A stretch of DNA of 61,078 nucleotides from IMG/VR virus record IMGVR_UViG_3300029442_000005, positions 1 to 61,078 of that record. One strand, 5' to 3'. Both the position numbers and the translations under genes were made by a program. The DNA is from a virus. Its lineage: Duplodnaviria > Caudoviricetes. Positions 51,101-57,240 of the stretch are shown piece by piece. Below the pieces are notes generated by a model. It searched no databases. It had not been told where the DNA came from and saw only the letters and a program-made list of their open reading frames with translations. Position 1 is the first letter of the stretch, and each line of letters opens with the position of its first letter.

Positions 51101-54100
51101 TGGAGTAGCATTTTATAGTGTTGTAGCAAATGAAACAGACACATTAACTTGGAGTCAAGATGACACTGTTTCAGAAACTTATACTGTTAATATTGGTGCA
51201 GCATCAAGCTATGCAGGTCCAGATTTTGGTAATGGATATTTAACAAATAGTGATAATTATGTATATAGAATGGATCCAACATTGTTATATTCAAAAGGTA
51301 ATTTTGATTCGCATAGTCCAATAATTGGGTTTGCATTAGATGGTTATCCAATTTATGGCCCATTTGGCTTTAAGAATTCAAATGGTTCTGGTGGAGTTAT
51401 ACAAAATACAAGTAGTTATGTTATTAAATCAATGAAGAGATTAGTAAGGCATGAACCTATAGTTGGTATGCCAGGTGCTGAATATGGTAAACCAACAGGA
51501 GAGTATATTGAAGACTACGAATATATTCCAAATCAAGGAACATTAGATGAACATAATGGAAGATTTGTTGTTACTCCAGAATTTCCATATGGAATATATG
51601 CTTATTTCGCAACTGTTGATACTGCAACTAAAACAATTCCAGTTTACCCATACTTAGTAGGTCCCACATTCCATGGCATCCCTGGCGATTTAAAAGTTGA
51701 GTATAGAGGAGCATATCAAGTAGAAGTTTATGGCTTAGATAATTATGTACTTCCTAAGAGTGAATTAACTCCTAGTACAAATTGGCCACTTCGTTCTCCA
51801 AATGGAACATTTTATAATGACCAAGCTAGATTTTTAGAAACTCCATATTCACAATGGTATAATAACAGAACATTTACTATTGATACTACTTCATTACGAA
51901 TTGCTGATGTAGGAATGGGATATACGGTTGCTCCTACAGTTATTATTGATGGAGGAAATCAAATTGCAGGAGGCATTCCTGCAAAGGCAACAGCAACAAT
52001 AGATAGCAACACTGGTCAATTATTAAGTGTAGTTGTTACTCAGATTGGAACAGGGTATACATTAGAACCAACAGTAATAGGCGATAATAATATACCTGCT
52101 CCAGTAGTTACGTTAGAAGGTGGACTACCTATTTTAACTTACAGTTCAACAACAACATATGAATTAGCAGATATAGTATTCAATACTCCAACTGGAGAAT
52201 ACTTCCAAGCATTACAAACAGTTCCTGCAGGCATATTATTATCTAATACAGCTTATTGGTATAAACTAAACCCAGACGAAAATGTTATTTCAAGAGCAGC
52301 GATAGTAGTTGCTGATTTCCATAATAGCACAACTAGAAAATTTGACGTAAACTTAAAGTTTGATAGAACTGATTCATCAATTCCATTATATAATAGTTCG
52401 TCTACATATTACACAGATGATATTATTGTATATGGTAATGATTTTTATAAAGCATTATCGTTTATTCCTAATTATGTACTACCAACAAATACAGATTATT
52501 GGATGGTGTTAAATTCAGAAGATAATGTTATTAGTAGATTAGATAACTTCTATACTCCAGCTGTTAATATGATTTCAAATGATGTTAATAGATTAATGGT
52601 AGGATCAGAAAGTGCCGCGGTACAAGTAATCGGTGGTACATTTGCTGAAATATATACTATACCAACTGGTAATTTATATGACCAAGAAGATGACAACATT
52701 GGCGATGTTAAGTTACATATGTCTTTTGATAAATCTAGATATACGCTGAATGTATTTTCTACAAAGCAAAAAATATTTGGTTCACAATCAGCTAATTTTA
52801 ACGATTGTTATATTCAAATTGATACAAATACTGTAGAAACTTTGCCAGATTTAGCAACTAGAGATTTTACTATTGAATTTTTTGTTAGACTTAAGACTAT
52901 TAACATTGCACAAACACTTGTAGATCTTAGGCAAACAGTTTCAGACATTACTGGATTAATTATTTCGGTACTTCCTAATAATACTATCAGAGTTAGTGAT
53001 AACAATGGTGTTAGCTTCGATGGCGGTGCAATGTCTAATAATGTGTGGCAACATGTAGTACTTGAACGAAAAGTAAATAAGTTATCATTATATGTTGATG
53101 GATTGTTAGTAAATAGTTATCAATCTAATGCATATTTAACTCATTCATTTGTTAATAATTCATTAACTTTTGGAGCAAGTGTTGATGGAAGTAATCAAGC
53201 ATCAGCATTTATGGATGAATTTAGAATTTCTGTAGATTTACTAAGATATGACACTTCTACTTTTAGTGTACCATCAGGTGGATTTGGTAGAAATATTTTA
53301 GAAGATCCATATTTTGCTCATGTAATTGTATTATACGGATTTGAAGGATTTAAAAATGAAGTTACTAATATTTCATTTGTTGCAATCAATGCTGTTAATA
53401 TATTTGAAGAATTGAGTACAGAAAATAATATTATTAAAGTTGAAACACTATTACCATTGGATCTACCATATACTTTAACTAATATTGGTGATCCACTTGT
53501 TGGAATAACAACAGAAGGTTTATATGAAGTTCCTTCAATCACTCTAACAGACAAACTAATTATTAATGCTCAAAGTAATACAGCATTTAATGTTGGAACT
53601 GGTGATTTTGCTATCGAATGTTGGATAAATTCAAGTAGTACAAAGAGCACCCAACGTATTTTTACACTTGGTAAAGTCTTAGACTCTTCATTAAATGATA
53701 GTTTAGATTTAAATATTAGTAAAAATGCTTTGGTTTGTTACTTAACTTATAATGGACATTACAGCATATCACTACAACAACATACAGAAGTAGGAGATAT
53801 TACTATCGCTTCAACTCCTAGTATCACTAGTGGTCCAATACCATTAGTTGATGTTTCGTTAATGTTCTTAAGTATTGAACGAAAAGATAATTTCATATAT
53901 GTTTATGTAGATGGAACTTTAATGAATAGAGTTAAATCTTTAGATTCATATGGTGAACCTGGAATGAGTGTTCCGCTGTACTTCTCTAGCTATTCAACTG
54001 ATTCATTCTTAGGACAATTAGCTGATATCAGATTCACTGTAGGAAGTGCAAGACATGCTGCTCAATTAAATATTGACACAGAAATTTCAAGTAGCTTTGA

Positions 54101-55400
54101 AGATATTTCATTAGGTACTGGTGCTGCTGACATTATTGTTAATGGTTCTAATTTTGTTGATAGTGTTATGTGTCCTAGTACAGAAGAACATATATCAGGA
54201 AGAATTTATGATACTTTAGATATTTCAGTATATTCACAATATACAGGTGGTACAGAATGGTTATCATTTAGAATATTTAAAGATATGAATGAAAATGTAA
54301 GTTACTACGCTATTCCAGCAGCTGAAACTACACAGTTATCAAAAGACTTAATTTTAGGCGAAAATATTATATATTTAATTGACGTATCGGGTTTCATTGA
54401 TGCTGATCCAGAAAATAACATACTTGGTGCAATTTTTGTTAATGGTGAAAGAATAACATATTTAACTGTTGATAGAATTAATAATACACTTAGTAATATT
54501 ACTAGAGGTACTCTTGGTACATATACTCCTGATATTCATGCAATTACCTCAAGAGTTGAATCAATGCATGAATCGTTATTATTACCTGGAATAAAAGGAA
54601 CATTATTACCAAAGACTGATGCAGTAAGTGGTAATATTGAAAATAGTAATGTTTTTGTTACAACAAACTATAGTATGACAACAGCTAAATTGTTGTTCAA
54701 TTATATATTACAGGCTGATGTTATTGCTAATAATACTATAATTTTAGATTCAGTAAAAGGTTTGCAATATGATTATACAGTTACTGGTACTGGCATAGTA
54801 GGATTGGTTAAAATAATTAGTATTAATGAATTGACGAACACTGTAGTATTAGATTCAAATCAAACTATATACAAATCTACAGTTATAACTATTAAAGCAT
54901 TAGATGCAAGAGTAAGAATTGAAGACTATAATATCGATTTTTCAGTAGCAGAAGATATTATAAATCAAAATACTGCTACTTTATTAAAGAATACAGACGA
55001 TTTACGGTTAGTAGTTGGTATGACCGTAGTTGGACTAGGAGTTGCTACAAATACAACAGTTGTTGGACATAGCACTGGACAAGTTACTTTTAATAAAATT
55101 CAAACATTACCAGTTAACACAGTTCTTACATTTACTTTACCAGCAGTTGATGACACAATAATAGCAATCAATGATTATAATTTCTTAACATCAGAAAATC
55201 ATAGTGTTATTGATGGATCTAAAATAACTTACGGAGAAGTTATTTCAACTGGTATATTACCTAATACTAGTATCAAAATTGATACAATTGAAGCACATTA
55301 TGAATTTTGGTATGACGCTATGGGAAGTAACGATACATTGATATTGAGTTCAACCCCTGTTGCTTTGTTCTTAAAAGCACATATGGGACTAGCAATTTAA
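39192..55400 (+). CDS. Giant baseplate wedge/structural protein (5402 aa) with LamG-like and YHYH-like domains
   Basis: Uninterrupted 16.2-kb ORF after gp6; FTVEFYV/FTIEFFV/FAIECWI LamG-like blocks; HSPIIGFALDGYPIYGP and LDEHNGR; C-terminal GAIFVNGERITY..RGTLGT. Confidence 0.8.
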   Translation: MAINRTIDFLPEYFKSIPNQRFLSSTLDRLISDPVLRRFDGYVGRKFLDGSKLEGNYISELNQLRANYQLEPAFINRNDQSNITSLSTKTNSVSSVISFIDVLNSVASKGGSINSWNRLLSSDCYNFNGFVNLDKLTNYYNYVWIPEPKTINNEVVDNNPWFRNPIEISNTFISAAADYSILRSNNGLSVVGSNNLTGINPEIILARGGKYNFNILPQESRPSTRFPKLIQQGNLDSLVTASADIQFFPNNNTSGKFSNGSYLTIPKNSDFNFKSTAFTVEFYVWVDGTNVEDNVLVGQWQGDDLSKSSWAIVRTTTVINSTFINTFKFVWIDNETGQSKSITFAGNVVPGLAVHHIAVSRFGNSIKLYIDGILIPSQQINGESIIGNIASSILPVTVGADAIGNMSFVGYVEDLRISTKVARYTNVNFTPPEAITTVDENTVLLINFDSTPGDTNFIDNVAPSISRMWIQTHAGISGALPYDPSLPTRDIYGVTNNGTSTGTITFSVPTLLAENQYRDLGRTGDEYYDNVDLATDLQFDQINSTVYDTFVTSAAIGEDTNISGHRGGIDGIADLEDKTLIFAKEQTIGWNNYIPYENAGNELYPYDEEFPIPANMRYGIWRINIIDGVIKLLFIKEIAGNYRVSIKYGNIYRNADFFKITDTSPLLKIPQLSSNYATLYLQDDQNSSNVLPLEILLTDIPTLNIDEEIVGKQHFTSANGIELINGLRIRFNNFAIPEKYTDTTKSYIVEGVGQAIVLVPYEELTKSQDPDYITINRSSLDRNAWSRTNRWFNKQVVDKSIEYLTQQGFPVTYPALQRAVRPIIEFKSGLRLFNYGIIGLGQVSIIDNYINDALSNINGRSITDVNALTFDNYVVQAGDLIVFNKDRSEAVRKTIYKINVVDVSDSLGAHSKSPVIAASIGNIDLSIPPPATIDGISLTVNDRILVWQQTNPTENGIYVFSSSSLTRSLDANEGVMFNESFNVFVLNGSINGNRWFNYTITQPDKTVTLSISPIIFIQTENIGPTVELVPYEIATVNNCISAAEGNSKGTHWFYSELDRKWITSLQVKTQVNQSPLFDIFDYTGASYSTYLGSDFTGSKLFDYARSTNVVNDPVLGFGVVYRNIFNLGDVTFNNYFETDTFSYLSDPSLSTQTIINISKGTARRVDPISTVEDIYSCWKQIQSNSELYQNLELTGESIISSNYVFVATAKFIVKKTDNVFKTKIYVDGAQVNSNLIINEQLGDKIRITIDNSVVINATSIVLFKLQLTTLLNNAWYDVPMGYELNPFNVRPQTFTLSDLEQHTSEMISNSGQIVSPSVDGLDNIDYQNNVGLILLHDGFSLLPSLLLASEQFDIDVAIKTAATDYESLKLQFIQTADQVEAIETMTVKDAVDKIFEVLVSNKNNNMPWYNSDMVPTGGILQQYVIDDLFQVTYKTHTQYNLSIASNKSLLVYLNDTLLIKNVEYFVSSDSSEITLIKQLHLDDVLDIYRVDNTDGCFVPSTPAKLGLAQKFVPQIYLDDTYQTPTTVLQGHDGSITTVYGDYKDKLLLEFEIRIYNNIKTNNQLWADVINTKVTPSGKFRSTLYSSSEQSNIYRKVFYEWVAENKVNFGTTFFDENNSFTWNYSTSTDKLTKTNLKGYWRGIYKDLIDTDRPNFSPWEALGISEKPLWWDATYGPAPYTGGNLVLWNDIRDGIVRDPEGNYFGSLGPRENINYSILDFIPVSENGNLLTPTDMNVMYTFDTQNIKNIFIFGDHGPAETAWRRSSTFAFSQLRSKILQNPQFMLGSLWDLDNYKPEFYTSPLKFNTTDIPNITDLRLNGDGENRVHSIINYLIESLKSQGKTLQVIKDAITNAEVNLTYSIGGFVDESNIQVYAEQNSPQTLGNSVKIPTENYELFLSQNTSVGVVNYSGVIISRTVNGGYRVNGYDKQNPFFTAYPFDPSGKKSSFTIGNSTFTIYRDFFSTPILIPYSYEFSNRETVVNFLISYGEYLTQQGFIFDTQVEQDRINWVDAAVQFVKWSYYRWNNDSTGRALSLVLNPSAGQLKLVPKVGTVSNLLSSTNLLLDENQNQIDIKYVDVFRDQRLAQDTVYINHQNPYGIIAAMRANLINFEHRLVLTNKTIFNDLIYSPELGIRQNRVRLSGLKTGDWNGTLTSAGFMLLSNKVDVWQPNTDFLRGSVIRYKNKNYVALENVIGAAEFQESKFKTITTNFNNQMIPNIGTKTLDLDHAYDVEYRNVIQDIVRLRSSSIGYVETSWLSNLGLDLGNQTEFYRGWIKEKGTLNAVNKFTSAGTKELLADFEIIEDYAIKLGEYGASGRTGYVDVLLSLPEASDNPVAVRFSNDGMANSSDILTVNDKSLYKKSINWTNNFIQNAGKLLREEAKFIDAGPVLLSEIETIAKSKIQNYNDNIKNALTFQDKADIVSTSDIGSLLVNITSGTYMWFAIDDLLTTDNKYNVITWKNSSVKILGIRQNEANSTLEILLSDIISVNVNDIVALNHNEPDFILQGVFEVAGYLVNPTEQYVSILSIFISDLSIYPAVANYSFESNKTNLYTYTSLRFDTIGSANLSSQVYRNGLPIIRKSYIDTDKTGFAVYDFIEPYVDQTANIPYNIDQYKQDITTTELTKSLSQDPIAKLLWEGKPDALPNGQVALTEFKSAKLWKGDVSGLNIDIATFLPARPDTLSLGLDVQYLSGEMSVATATDVTNTGQVYILQHSTKLVSQIFSGSTAGAYFGSAVKCTADGLFIAIGETLPAASGNVYIYKQFTANSTVTEYVATGSGSSTYSLGFIPESLYSIRVIVNNKLYIAGVDYTVSGGSITFINSVSGLSISVKQLGVYYALIQSIDDPAASPGVGCNFGQLISLNADASILTVSAPLRGNGQIYVFNRSLQKFLITTPSTVLTLGDSVSTFGKVIVKRNGIVTTNYTPVAPGNTTITFPSGQLVTNTIIEVDMLKFYLQQTITVDNSNIQFGLSTDMINNSFVVGSPLNNITVENVIKNSMGIIELMLLDSDVNQTVSILRSTFTLSSAKYLRINNWVVAMDTNIDTFIANINSISNLSGVTASYTATDLIFTFNQSMFVNGVSVINYDPTTYTINSKFISIQTIQNSNLHNSNFGKKVKWLNYDLLGVIEDTTEYLDAATMMTDIQFDNNTTNIYDSNIVNTQRIILFQLLKTTRTNTSMDSDISQLVIVKSIQYSTESVDLFFDGNLERIWIGNKNSTAENNNVIVYSNTKLIHGWTIIRTEEIKLEPRSISRAWIYNSRTKTKIVDLDIVDIANGLLPGAIAQHIDYISGVDPTSYGIQNWRSGENYQIGDRVLYNGIVYVADVASSELYFDVNQWFVNLESSATSNSSNNSWGSSQVGQIWFSTGRLRTTLYEQGTLEDRLKYWNKWFTKSTFRVYEWSESSVPPWQYTGSGIVSPTSNYIFDSNSNNYYFWILYKTEVGRKHSISSADVSVGLRDILNSGLPMIVGSESNSVILWNVKELVDSSESVLHIDYVLTEHNNRLLSEFALVSENGSRYWFNTPLYAKLVDSLSGIDDAGLAVPDISLNEEDKYGTLNQLRQAMFRNQTTALKIYFDKINAGLLLKPLNNFAALENLKLKQEQPDVSTYDLTVEDKDTLLLLTTDDYPNGTKILVLNDVSVTDSGWGLYELINGTWELLTSQFYDLNVFWKYVDWSDQNNTGKKIDYILPHIGYLQSISPAAGDIMQIDNDGNNQIVIYKFNDDLSYDPIFIENGTVQFLPTLYDFTSSMIGFNAGIFGGEIGFDNDPATSLRLIIKALNEDILIDDLSILADNAFFAILRYILQENINIDWLFKTSFIDVNHIVKDLNIKSNYRKDDEQFVMDFINENKPYHTRIKDFNSIYTLSDVSNITVSDFDLPALYDTVWYAAQFNPTYRSFKSKQAGYFKGDIALVEKDGLLYIGTTSIASHPMGLWPNTTDTVVPANWVFVLPIRPTQAVSNTSVLVDNVIGIATNGVAFYSVVANETDTLTWSQDDTVSETYTVNIGAASSYAGPDFGNGYLTNSDNYVYRMDPTLLYSKGNFDSHSPIIGFALDGYPIYGPFGFKNSNGSGGVIQNTSSYVIKSMKRLVRHEPIVGMPGAEYGKPTGEYIEDYEYIPNQGTLDEHNGRFVVTPEFPYGIYAYFATVDTATKTIPVYPYLVGPTFHGIPGDLKVEYRGAYQVEVYGLDNYVLPKSELTPSTNWPLRSPNGTFYNDQARFLETPYSQWYNNRTFTIDTTSLRIADVGMGYTVAPTVIIDGGNQIAGGIPAKATATIDSNTGQLLSVVVTQIGTGYTLEPTVIGDNNIPAPVVTLEGGLPILTYSSTTTYELADIVFNTPTGEYFQALQTVPAGILLSNTAYWYKLNPDENVISRAAIVVADFHNSTTRKFDVNLKFDRTDSSIPLYNSSSTYYTDDIIVYGNDFYKALSFIPNYVLPTNTDYWMVLNSEDNVISRLDNFYTPAVNMISNDVNRLMVGSESAAVQVIGGTFAEIYTIPTGNLYDQEDDNIGDVKLHMSFDKSRYTLNVFSTKQKIFGSQSANFNDCYIQIDTNTVETLPDLATRDFTIEFFVRLKTINIAQTLVDLRQTVSDITGLIISVLPNNTIRVSDNNGVSFDGGAMSNNVWQHVVLERKVNKLSLYVDGLLVNSYQSNAYLTHSFVNNSLTFGASVDGSNQASAFMDEFRISVDLLRYDTSTFSVPSGGFGRNILEDPYFAHVIVLYGFEGFKNEVTNISFVAINAVNIFEELSTENNIIKVETLLPLDLPYTLTNIGDPLVGITTEGLYEVPSITLTDKLIINAQSNTAFNVGTGDFAIECWINSSSTKSTQRIFTLGKVLDSSLNDSLDLNISKNALVCYLTYNGHYSISLQQHTEVGDITIASTPSITSGPIPLVDVSLMFLSIERKDNFIYVYVDGTLMNRVKSLDSYGEPGMSVPLYFSSYSTDSFLGQLADIRFTVGSARHAAQLNIDTEISSSFEDISLGTGAADIIVNGSNFVDSVMCPSTEEHISGRIYDTLDISVYSQYTGGTEWLSFRIFKDMNENVSYYAIPAAETTQLSKDLILGENIIYLIDVSGFIDADPENNILGAIFVNGERITYLTVDRINNTLSNITRGTLGTYTPDIHAITSRVESMHESLLLPGIKGTLLPKTDAVSGNIENSNVFVTTNYSMTTAKLLFNYILQADVIANNTIILDSVKGLQYDYTVTGTGIVGLVKIISINELTNTVVLDSNQTIYKSTVITIKALDARVRIEDYNIDFSVAEDIINQNTATLLKNTDDLRLVVGMTVVGLGVATNTTVVGHSTGQVTFNKIQTLPVNTVLTFTLPAVDDTIIAINDYNFLTSENHSVIDGSKITYGEVISTGILPNTSIKIDTIEAHYEFWYDAMGSNDTLILSSTPVALFLKAHMGLAI

Positions 55401-55420
55401 TGGATGTATAAATACATAGT

Positions 55421-55558
55421 ATGATTACTAATGAAAATGTAGGTGTTGAAAAAATTGAAGATTCGCCATTATTTGAAAATGGCGAATTACTTATAGAAGC
55501 TCATCTAAAAATTATAGATGTAGACACAAACGAAGAAATTATAAATATGAGGGGTTAA
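55421..55558 (+). CDS. Small 45-aa protein below the track cutoff
   Basis: MITNENVGVEKIEDSPLFENGELLIEAHLKIIDVDTNEEIINMRG; TATAAATA at 55407-55414; fills the gap between flanking genes. Confidence 0.7.
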   Translation: MITNENVGVEKIEDSPLFENGELLIEAHLKIIDVDTNEEIINMRG

Positions 55559-55559
55559 G

Positions 55560-56144
55560 ATGAAAATTACTGGACATGTAAATATAATCGACGGGATAAC
55601 AAATGAAGTTTTAGTAGATAAAGACAACGCTATACATTACGAAAATTTCTCTGAAGCGTTAGCAAAAAGTATTAGTTCAGGACCTCTAAATGCCAGTGAT
55701 AGTTCGAGTGCAAGTGGATTTATTAAAACAATAGCATTAGGAAATGGTGGAACAGATGTTAGTCCGGCTGGAATTATTACATATAAGTCACCAAATTATA
55801 CCGGAACTAGTAGCACTTTATATAATCAAACATATTTTAAAATTATCAATCAGCAATTTAGCAATAATTTAGATCCAACTAGTAATAACTTAACTATTTC
55901 ACATATTACCGGGAAAGCATATTCAGATATTTTAATTCAATGTACACTAAATTATACTGAACCAGCTGGACAGTATGCATTTGATAATTCTGTAGATTCT
56001 AACGGAGTGTATGTTTTTGATGAATTAGGTTTACAATCAACAGGTGGAAAGTTGTTAACACATGTAATTTTTCACCCGGTTCAAAAAAGTACAAATAGAT
56101 TTATAAAGATCTCGTATACTATAAGAATTCAGACATTGAGTTAG
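55560..56144 (+). CDS. Virion structural protein (baseplate/fibre attachment)
   Basis: IALGNGGT, YVFDELGL, LLTHVIFHPVQKSTNR motifs; position between wedge and fibre genes. Confidence 0.6.
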   Translation: MKITGHVNIIDGITNEVLVDKDNAIHYENFSEALAKSISSGPLNASDSSSASGFIKTIALGNGGTDVSPAGIITYKSPNYTGTSSTLYNQTYFKIINQQFSNNLDPTSNNLTISHITGKAYSDILIQCTLNYTEPAGQYAFDNSVDSNGVYVFDELGLQSTGGKLLTHVIFHPVQKSTNRFIKISYTIRIQTLS

Positions 56145-56156
56145 GATAAAGTTAAA

Positions 56157-57125
56157 ATGAGTCAAACAATACAAAAATCAGATGGTAGCTTAATAACAAT
56201 TAATGATAATGCAATAGATACGACATATAGCATTCAATTAATTGGTAAAAATAGACCTAATTATGGAGCAGCAATTAATCAAAATTCTTTTAGATTAATG
56301 GAAAATTTTGCTAATATTACATCTCCTTTAAATCCTCAAAATGGTCAACTGTGGTGGGATGATGCTGGATCCTTACATATTTACGATAGTACTAGATGGA
56401 AATATATTGGCAGTACTACTCCTTCGTCCGACGAACCTGTTAACCCAGTTACTGGAGACCAATGGTTTGATTTAATCAATGATCAATTGAAAGTTTTTAA
56501 TGGTACAGATTGGATTTTAGTTGGACCAAGCGATTCATCGTTTGTAACATTAAACGGATTCGTAACAGAAAAATTTACAGTTAGCAGTACTGATTATTAT
56601 GTTGCTAGTATGTATGCAAATGGAACTAGACTTGCTATTTTAAGTAAGGATACTTTTAATGCAAATATTTCCAATTTTGGAAATGTTTTAATAACACCTG
56701 GAATTAACTACAATACAACAATTACAGGTGTTGCAACTAACAACGGAAATATTGTTTCTTCAAAAATAACAAATAGTGGAAATCTCACATCAGGTGATAC
56801 AAGTATCACAGGAAATTTACAGGTAACCGGAAATGTAGTTATTAATAATATAACCGCAAATTCTTGTATTTTTTCTAACGTAGCTGTTACTTCAAATATT
56901 ACAGCTAACATTGTATCTGCTACAAGCATAATTGGTAATATTACAACCGTAGCTCAACCTCACATTACTTCAGTGGGCACATTAACTTCACTTACTGTTA
57001 CAGGAAATGTAACCGCAGGAAATGTAGGAACTACCACAATGTCAATAGGTGGATTGCAAGTTACCTTAGGAGCGAATGATTCAGCTGGTGTTGGATTTAG
57101 ATTGTTGCGCGTTATAAATGCATAG
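56157..57125 (+). CDS. Short tail fibre/baseplate-associated protein
   Basis: LIGKNRPNYG..NQNSFRLMENFA..PLNPQNGQLWWD, GDQWFD, AQPHITSVGTLTSLTV. Confidence 0.7.
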   Translation: MSQTIQKSDGSLITINDNAIDTTYSIQLIGKNRPNYGAAINQNSFRLMENFANITSPLNPQNGQLWWDDAGSLHIYDSTRWKYIGSTTPSSDEPVNPVTGDQWFDLINDQLKVFNGTDWILVGPSDSSFVTLNGFVTEKFTVSSTDYYVASMYANGTRLAILSKDTFNANISNFGNVLITPGINYNTTITGVATNNGNIVSSKITNSGNLTSGDTSITGNLQVTGNVVINNITANSCIFSNVAVTSNITANIVSATSIIGNITTVAQPHITSVGTLTSLTVTGNVTAGNVGTTTMSIGGLQVTLGANDSAGVGFRLLRVINA

Positions 57126-57240
57126 TTTCGATATTCTAATATATTACTAGCAATTTTCTTCGTCATAGGTATTAATTTGTATGTCCTGCATGATTATCTT
57201 TTGGCTCGAAGATAAATATAAGTGAACCGGAGAATATTTA

